A stretch of 64,000 bases of DNA from positions 9,206,664-9,270,663 of the forward strand of contig CAVNZM010000011.1 in assembly GCA_963693365.1 (NCBI GenBank), written 5' to 3'. Both the position numbers and the translations under genes were made by a program. Source of the DNA: Amoebidium appalachense. Its lineage: Eukaryota > Protista > Ichthyosporea. Below the pieces are notes generated by a model, which was not told the DNA's origin, did no database searches, and was given only the letters and a program-made list of their open reading frames with translations. How positions within the stretch are numbered: position 1 is the first letter of the stretch; each line of letters starts with the position of its first letter. Shown piece by piece: positions 58,566-64,000 of this stretch.

Positions 58566-58962
58566 GCATGGTTGCTCTGTGTCGTGCATCTGTAAGCACA
58601 TACACATTTTTCGCTGCACTGCATTAGTTTGCACACACATCTTCACCGTTTTGCTCACCTTGCTTGCATAAGCAACCCTGCTCGTCTTTGATCAAGACGG
58701 GTTGACCCGCCCAAGCTCAGTTGATGCTGCTGTCTGAGTTGGAGCGTCGTATATACGCGGGCTAAGGGGTCGAAACTCAGACGCAATTGATGACTTGGGT
58801 CCTCCCTGAGGATGGGCTCTGCTTATGACGCATACTGTGCACATGGCTGATGTTACATACTTGAATGTTTGCCTTTGCATGTGTCCTGCACCATGCTTCT
58901 CGTCGTGTATGCGTACTTTGTACCGTGTTCCGCATTCAAAACCCCCCCCCCCCCCCGGGCCC

Positions 58963-58997
<35 letters not shown>

Positions 58998-59641
58998 TAA
59001 ATGCGTTAGAGTTTTGGAAACATGGAGGAGACAACAAAAAGCAACAGCAAAAACGTTACAAAAATGAGAAGCGTGCAGGCAGAAGAAACTGAACAGAGCC
59101 CATCATCAGGGGGGTTCCTATGCCTCAACAAAAGCATGGGTTTCGACTCTTTAACCTCTCGTGCGTGCTTCCGGAGGGGAGGGAGGAAGGGGGGGAGGGA
59201 GGGAGAGGGGGGGGGGGGGGGGGGGGGGGGGGGATTTTTTCCGGAGACAATGCACAGAACTCACACAAGATAACATAAAGAAAGGCCCAAATGTGGGAAG
59301 GGGCAGGGGGGAGGCCCCCCCCCCCCCTCCCCCGGTGAGCCCCATTACTTGTCAAACAGATACCAAGCAGAAAGAATAGCAAACTTCTGTAAACCACGAG
59401 TATTGAGGTATGGTTGTATTGAGATGACGATGTGCAACGTGTTAGTATGCTGACAAATGCGGTTCCCACACGCAGCAAGCCCATGGGTGACAATAGCACG
59501 ACCCATGACCCCTTGGCCCCAGGGTGTGCACATGCCTTTGTGGATCTCAATGCCGACTGCCTTCCAGGTGGGTGTGCGTGTGTCTATGTGTGTGCATGTG
59601 TGTGTGTGTGTGTGTGTTTGTGCGTGTGTTTGTGTGTGTGT

Positions 59642-59688
<47 letters not shown>

Positions 59689-60902
59689 GGGGGGGGGGGG
59701 GGGGGGGGGGGGGAGGTGCGTGCATGTGTGCCCGTGTTAATGCATGTTTTTGGCAATGCTGACAGGTTGGAGAAAGGGGGGGTGGGGGGGAGGTGGGGGG
59801 TGGGCATGGAGAGGGGGGAAGGACGTGGGGAGAATTTCCAATTGATATTAGTTGGGTAGTGATGGCTAATTAGGTAGTGTCATGCATAAACAGACCTACC
59901 TCCCTCGTGAAAAGGATAGTGGTGGTGAGAGGATAGGTGTGGTGTGGTTGGGAAAGATGCTATCTCGTTCATTTGACAATATGACTGCGTGTGAACAACC
60001 TGACAGGCTGTGATGTCTGTATGGGTGTGTGTGGGCAACCGTTGTCATATCCACACTTGATGGTATGTTGTTTATAGTGTGTTTTTGCTGGCTAAGTTGC
60101 ATTAATGCTTATTGCGGTCGTGACATCGCTGCTATATGATGCCGTCATGAAACTACCAAGTAGAAAGTTGACTGAACGAACACGTAAGACTCGATTTGAG
60201 TGTGTGTGTCCTTTTTGAGGGGAGTGGGGGGAGGGGGCAGGGATTTTTTTGTGGGTGGGGGGAGAGAGAGGGGGGAGGGGGGAGGGGGCCAGAGAGAGTG
60301 ATGCCCTTCCAAGGTAGTGGAGAAACGGTGCCCAAAATGGATACATAGAGATCAGAAAGAGTGGAGGGGGTGGGGAGGGATCTGGGGATGTGTATGTGTA
60401 TGGTGGTGGTGGTGGTGGGGGGGGGAATCCTCAGTTTTTGCGCACCTTTTTTTTTTTTTTTTTCCCCGTGCTAACCGTGAGCCCACATGCAGATCTGTTT
60501 CTGGTCACGGGCAGTGCCAGCAATCTGCAGGGTGAGATCTGGCTCAATGGGCCCACAGGCTTTACCCAATCAAAAGACACGGTTGCTCTTGGAGGTCTAC
60601 CCTCAGGGGATATTGGCCAATTTGCATTTGCTGATATGGGTATGCCCCGTCCCCCCCCCCCCCCCCCCCCCCCCCCCTTTTCTTGTCCTTTTTGGCGGTT
60701 GTTTTTTTTCGACAACTGATTCATACATACCCCCTTCCCCCCCTTTCCTTCAAATGAAAAACAAATAAATGGGGTTTCATATCGGCTATCCTTTGGAAAC
60801 AATGTGTGTGTTGTGAAAGTGGCAAAGCATTTTCCTTTGTAGAGGCAGAGTGGGCCTCCGAAGACAGGCTTGTTTCAAACATATCTCCCGGCACTTATCG
60901 TT

Positions 60903-60957
<55 letters not shown>

Positions 60958-62590
60958 ACCTTCCCCCCTTTCCTCTGCATCAAAGCGCCCCCCTTGTCCC
61001 CCTTGCTTGCATAATCATTTAGTATCTGCCCCTTTGCTTTTTTTTTTCTTACAGGTTTGCCATGTTATCCCCCCCCCCCCCCCCCCCCCCCCCGCTCTCC
61101 TCTTGAGGATGGCCTGCCTCCCGCTCTGGGGATGGGCCCGCTTATTATGCATACTCTTCTGTGTGATTTGCACTTATGTTGTTCGTTATGGATGTGTACT
61201 GTGTAGCTCGTACTCTATAACAAATACTACCCCCGCATTCAAACCCCCCCCCCCCCCCCCCCCCTTCCCCCCTCTCAAGATGGGTTGACCCTCCCAAGTT
61301 CAGTTGATGCTGCTGTCTAAGTTAGAGAGTCGTATATACGCGGGGCTAAAGGGTCGAAACGCAGACGCAATTGATGACTTGGGCCCTCCCTGAGTATGGG
61401 CTCTGCTTATGACGCATACTGTGCGCATGGCTGATGTTGCATACTTGAATGTTTGCCTTTGCATGTGTCCTGCACCATGCTTCTCATCGTGTATGCGTAC
61501 TTCGTACCGTGTTCTGCATTCAACCCTCCCCCCCCCCCCCCCCCCCTCTCTCTCCTCCCCCCCTCTCCCCCCCCCCCCCCCAAAAAAAAAAAAAAAAAAA
61601 GAAAAAAAGAAAAAAAGAAAAGAAAAAGAAAAACAAAACAAATCAAAATAATATGGGGCCATGGGCACTGTCGGCCCTCCGGGGAGGGGGGGGGGGGGGA
61701 CAGGGGGGGGGGGTCTGCAAGACACATGGGAAGACTGGTTCTTCCTTTTTTAATTCGTTGTACTGGCCATGTGCAGATGCGGATGGGGACATGGACATAG
61801 TATTTGGGGTCTGCCACAAGACCTTCCTCGTGGGCACATCATGCAGCACGAGCAGTATGGTAATCCTATACAACAGAGGTGGGCAACTGGCCTGATTTGG
61901 TTGATCACTTGCCAATTTTAGATGGGTACATGCTATATTTGGATAGGCACCTACATGTTTGGACGACCATTGGCCATGTTTGCACAATCACATTCCATGT
62001 TGGGATAGCCACGTGGGCATATTTGTATTATCATTTGCATTTTTGGGTGAACATTTGCCATGTTTAGTTAATCACATGCCAGATTTGGAATATCTTTTGA
62101 CAATTCTGGATGGCCATTATCCACACCAATGGTTGGTCACATTTGATACGTTGTTCAGGCCGCTTTAAAGAAAATGGTGCACTCCATTGATGGTACCCTG
62201 AACATCGATAAGTTTGTTGCGAACCACAGAGGTGGGATTCATGAAGCTGGTCCATTGAAAGCGACCTGATCTTTCAATATCGGCTGAAAATAGCTGAATG
62301 GGATGGCGTGACACTCTAGTTACCATAGTTGGACCCGGCCATAGTGACCGATAGGTGGCTTGTAGTGAAGACCTATTTGTACAAACCCTTCACTATGCAA
62401 ATGTCTCCCAGAGAAGCAATTGTTTTGGTATTAAATCACCTAAAACACTGCGACTTCTTAGCCAAAACATACGTGTTGTAAAATGATCACGAATATGAGT
62501 GACGGCATCAATTGCTGACACGATCAAATTGCAGGGACACTGAGGGAGCAAGGGTGTGTGGCAAGAAGCGACTTTGGATTCGATGCCGAG
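53938..62590 (+). CDS. ITFG1: ITFG1/LINKIN (T-cell immunomodulatory protein-like, FG-GAP repeats), 3'-partial
   Basis: Exons 53938-54089, 55308-55407, 55946-56084, 57385-57529, 59476-59567, 60493-60639, 61777-61878, 62535-62590, all in phase. Signal peptide, then AFGDFNADRRTDLFV, SDFNFDGRLDVLL, FTGDDIPDIFG, HAFVDLNADCLPDLFL, ADMDADGDMDIVFGVC. No stop is reached, so the gene probably continues past the window. Confidence 0.88.
57570..59170. repeat. Cluster of structured C-tailed repeats in ITFG1 intron 4
   Basis: Subfamily 1 at about 57570-57695 (+), 57895-58165 (+), 58370-58535 (+) and 58997-59170 (-). Subfamily 2 at 58670-58942 (+). Other copies at about 33650-33850, 54270-54372, 54905-54962, 55660-55822, 61275-61525 and 63842-63945. 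Confidence 0.88.
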
Positions 62591-62766
62591 GTATGTGGGG
62601 TCAGAGTGTGGTGATTAGTATTAGATATACACATGGGGTTATGGACGGGGTTGTGTGGGGTGTATATATACACGTGATGTGGGGCAGGTTTTGTATGAAG
62701 GCATGGGAAGATGATGATGCTCTTGCAGATTTGTGTGGGTGCGTGTGTGTGTGTGGTGGTGGCAGT

Positions 62767-62801
<35 letters not shown>

Positions 62802-62992
62802 GAGGAGGGAAAGAGGGGGGGGGGGGGGGGGGGGGTCTGCATCCACATGTTGTGTTTTGCTAGCTTTGAGAACTCTGTCAGCTTGTGCTTGTTGCACCGT
62901 GTGTTGTCTAGGGTTGGGTAGACTCATTCTTCCATACGGGGGTTCAAAAATTTCGATTTTCTGGCCATCCGGATCGGCGCCGGGTGTGTGTG

Positions 62993-63042
<50 letters not shown>

Positions 63043-64000
63043 TGTCACGTGTGTGTTTGTGTGTGTGTGCGCGCGCGTGTGTGTACAATGTGTGTGTGTG
63101 TGCGCGCGCGTGCGTTCGTGATTGTGGTGCTTACATGGGTGCTTGTGCATGTCTGAATCACATATGCGTGTATGGTTGTGTGCGTGCATGTGTGTACATG
63201 CATGTGTGTGGCGATTTCTGCTTTTGAAGCCTCACTGGGCACGTTGTGTCCTGGCTTTGCTTGTGCATGTTTGTGATCATCTCTAGCCAGATAGATGATA
63301 TCGATAGATTGTGTTACTCACTGTGGAGTGTCTCCTTATATATATATGTCTGTCTCAGGTTGGAGTTGAGTTGTATGAAGAGTGTGCCCTTATTATAATT
63401 TACATTTTCACGGTCCGCATTTCGGAAATAAGGGGGGGAAAGGGGGAGGAGGGGAACGGGGGACCGGGGGAGAGGAGAGAAAAGGCCCCGATGGGGGGAA
63501 GGGGGGGAGGGCGGGGGTAATAAGGGGGGTATGGGTGTTAAATGAAGGGGATGCATGCTGGTTAACTGTGGTCACTGGTAAGTAACACGTGTAGCTATGT
63601 CGGAAGAGCACTCTCTTGAAAGAACTTGGCAAAGCGACGAGCTAAAGCGACGTTGATCTTCCGTACTGAGCGCGAAACAAGGGGTCGCGGGGAGTCCGGC
63701 TGCTCATATTTGGCCAGAAAATTGAAACCCAGATCAAATCAATTAGTCGCCATGTATGAGTCAATTACCGAAGGGTTGTCAGAGAAGCAAGCTATTTCCG
63801 CTAGCCTCTCTTCTAACAAACCCCCCCCCCCCCCCCCCCCCTGTATGTGTACTTCGTGCCGTGTTCCGTATTTCCCACTTTTGTGACGTTTTGTTGTTGC
63901 TCTTTGTTGTCTCCTCCATATTTCCAACCCTCTAACGCATACATCACCCTCTCCCCCCTCCCCACTACCCACAACCCGCCCCAACTACCCATTACGGCAA

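Noticed and set aside
58765-58820. Hammerhead ribozyme (GAAA and CUGANGA both present)
   Set aside because: The order would require a type II topology, but only 4 nt separate the putative GUC from CUGAGGA, so there is no stem I. The triplet is also not conserved in other copies (GCC at about 61383).
62911-62982. Ninth ITFG1 exon (GWVDSFFHTGVQKFRF...)
   Set aside because: It is phase-compatible but has no recognisable motif, so it was left out of the model.

Overview
This is intron-rich eukaryotic DNA saturated with (GT/CA)n, (CT/GA)n and poly-G/C tracts, so nearly all ORFs in the six-frame track are microsatellite artefacts. The organism cannot be determined from the sequence; gene content would fit an opisthokont protist (inference). 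Splicing by hand gives four genes: an uncharacterised + strand gene (to 12864), a complete 13-exon NRAMP metal transporter (27038-14851), a membrane-anchored S10 serine carboxypeptidase with an EGF-like domain (49648-41492), and the 5' part of ITFG1/LINKIN (53938 onward). There is also a decayed PAN/Apple-domain gene and an intronless EXO1/XPG-SWIM pseudogene. Mobile DNA comprises a young copia element lacking RT, two copies of a Harbinger-type MITE, and non-LTR RT fragments nested in three layers. The most notable pattern is roughly 20 short dispersed repeats from several subfamilies. They share a covarying RNA stem and conserved motifs, have fixed 3' ends running into C-tracts rather than poly(A), and resemble the 3' ends of the two RT-type elements in the window.
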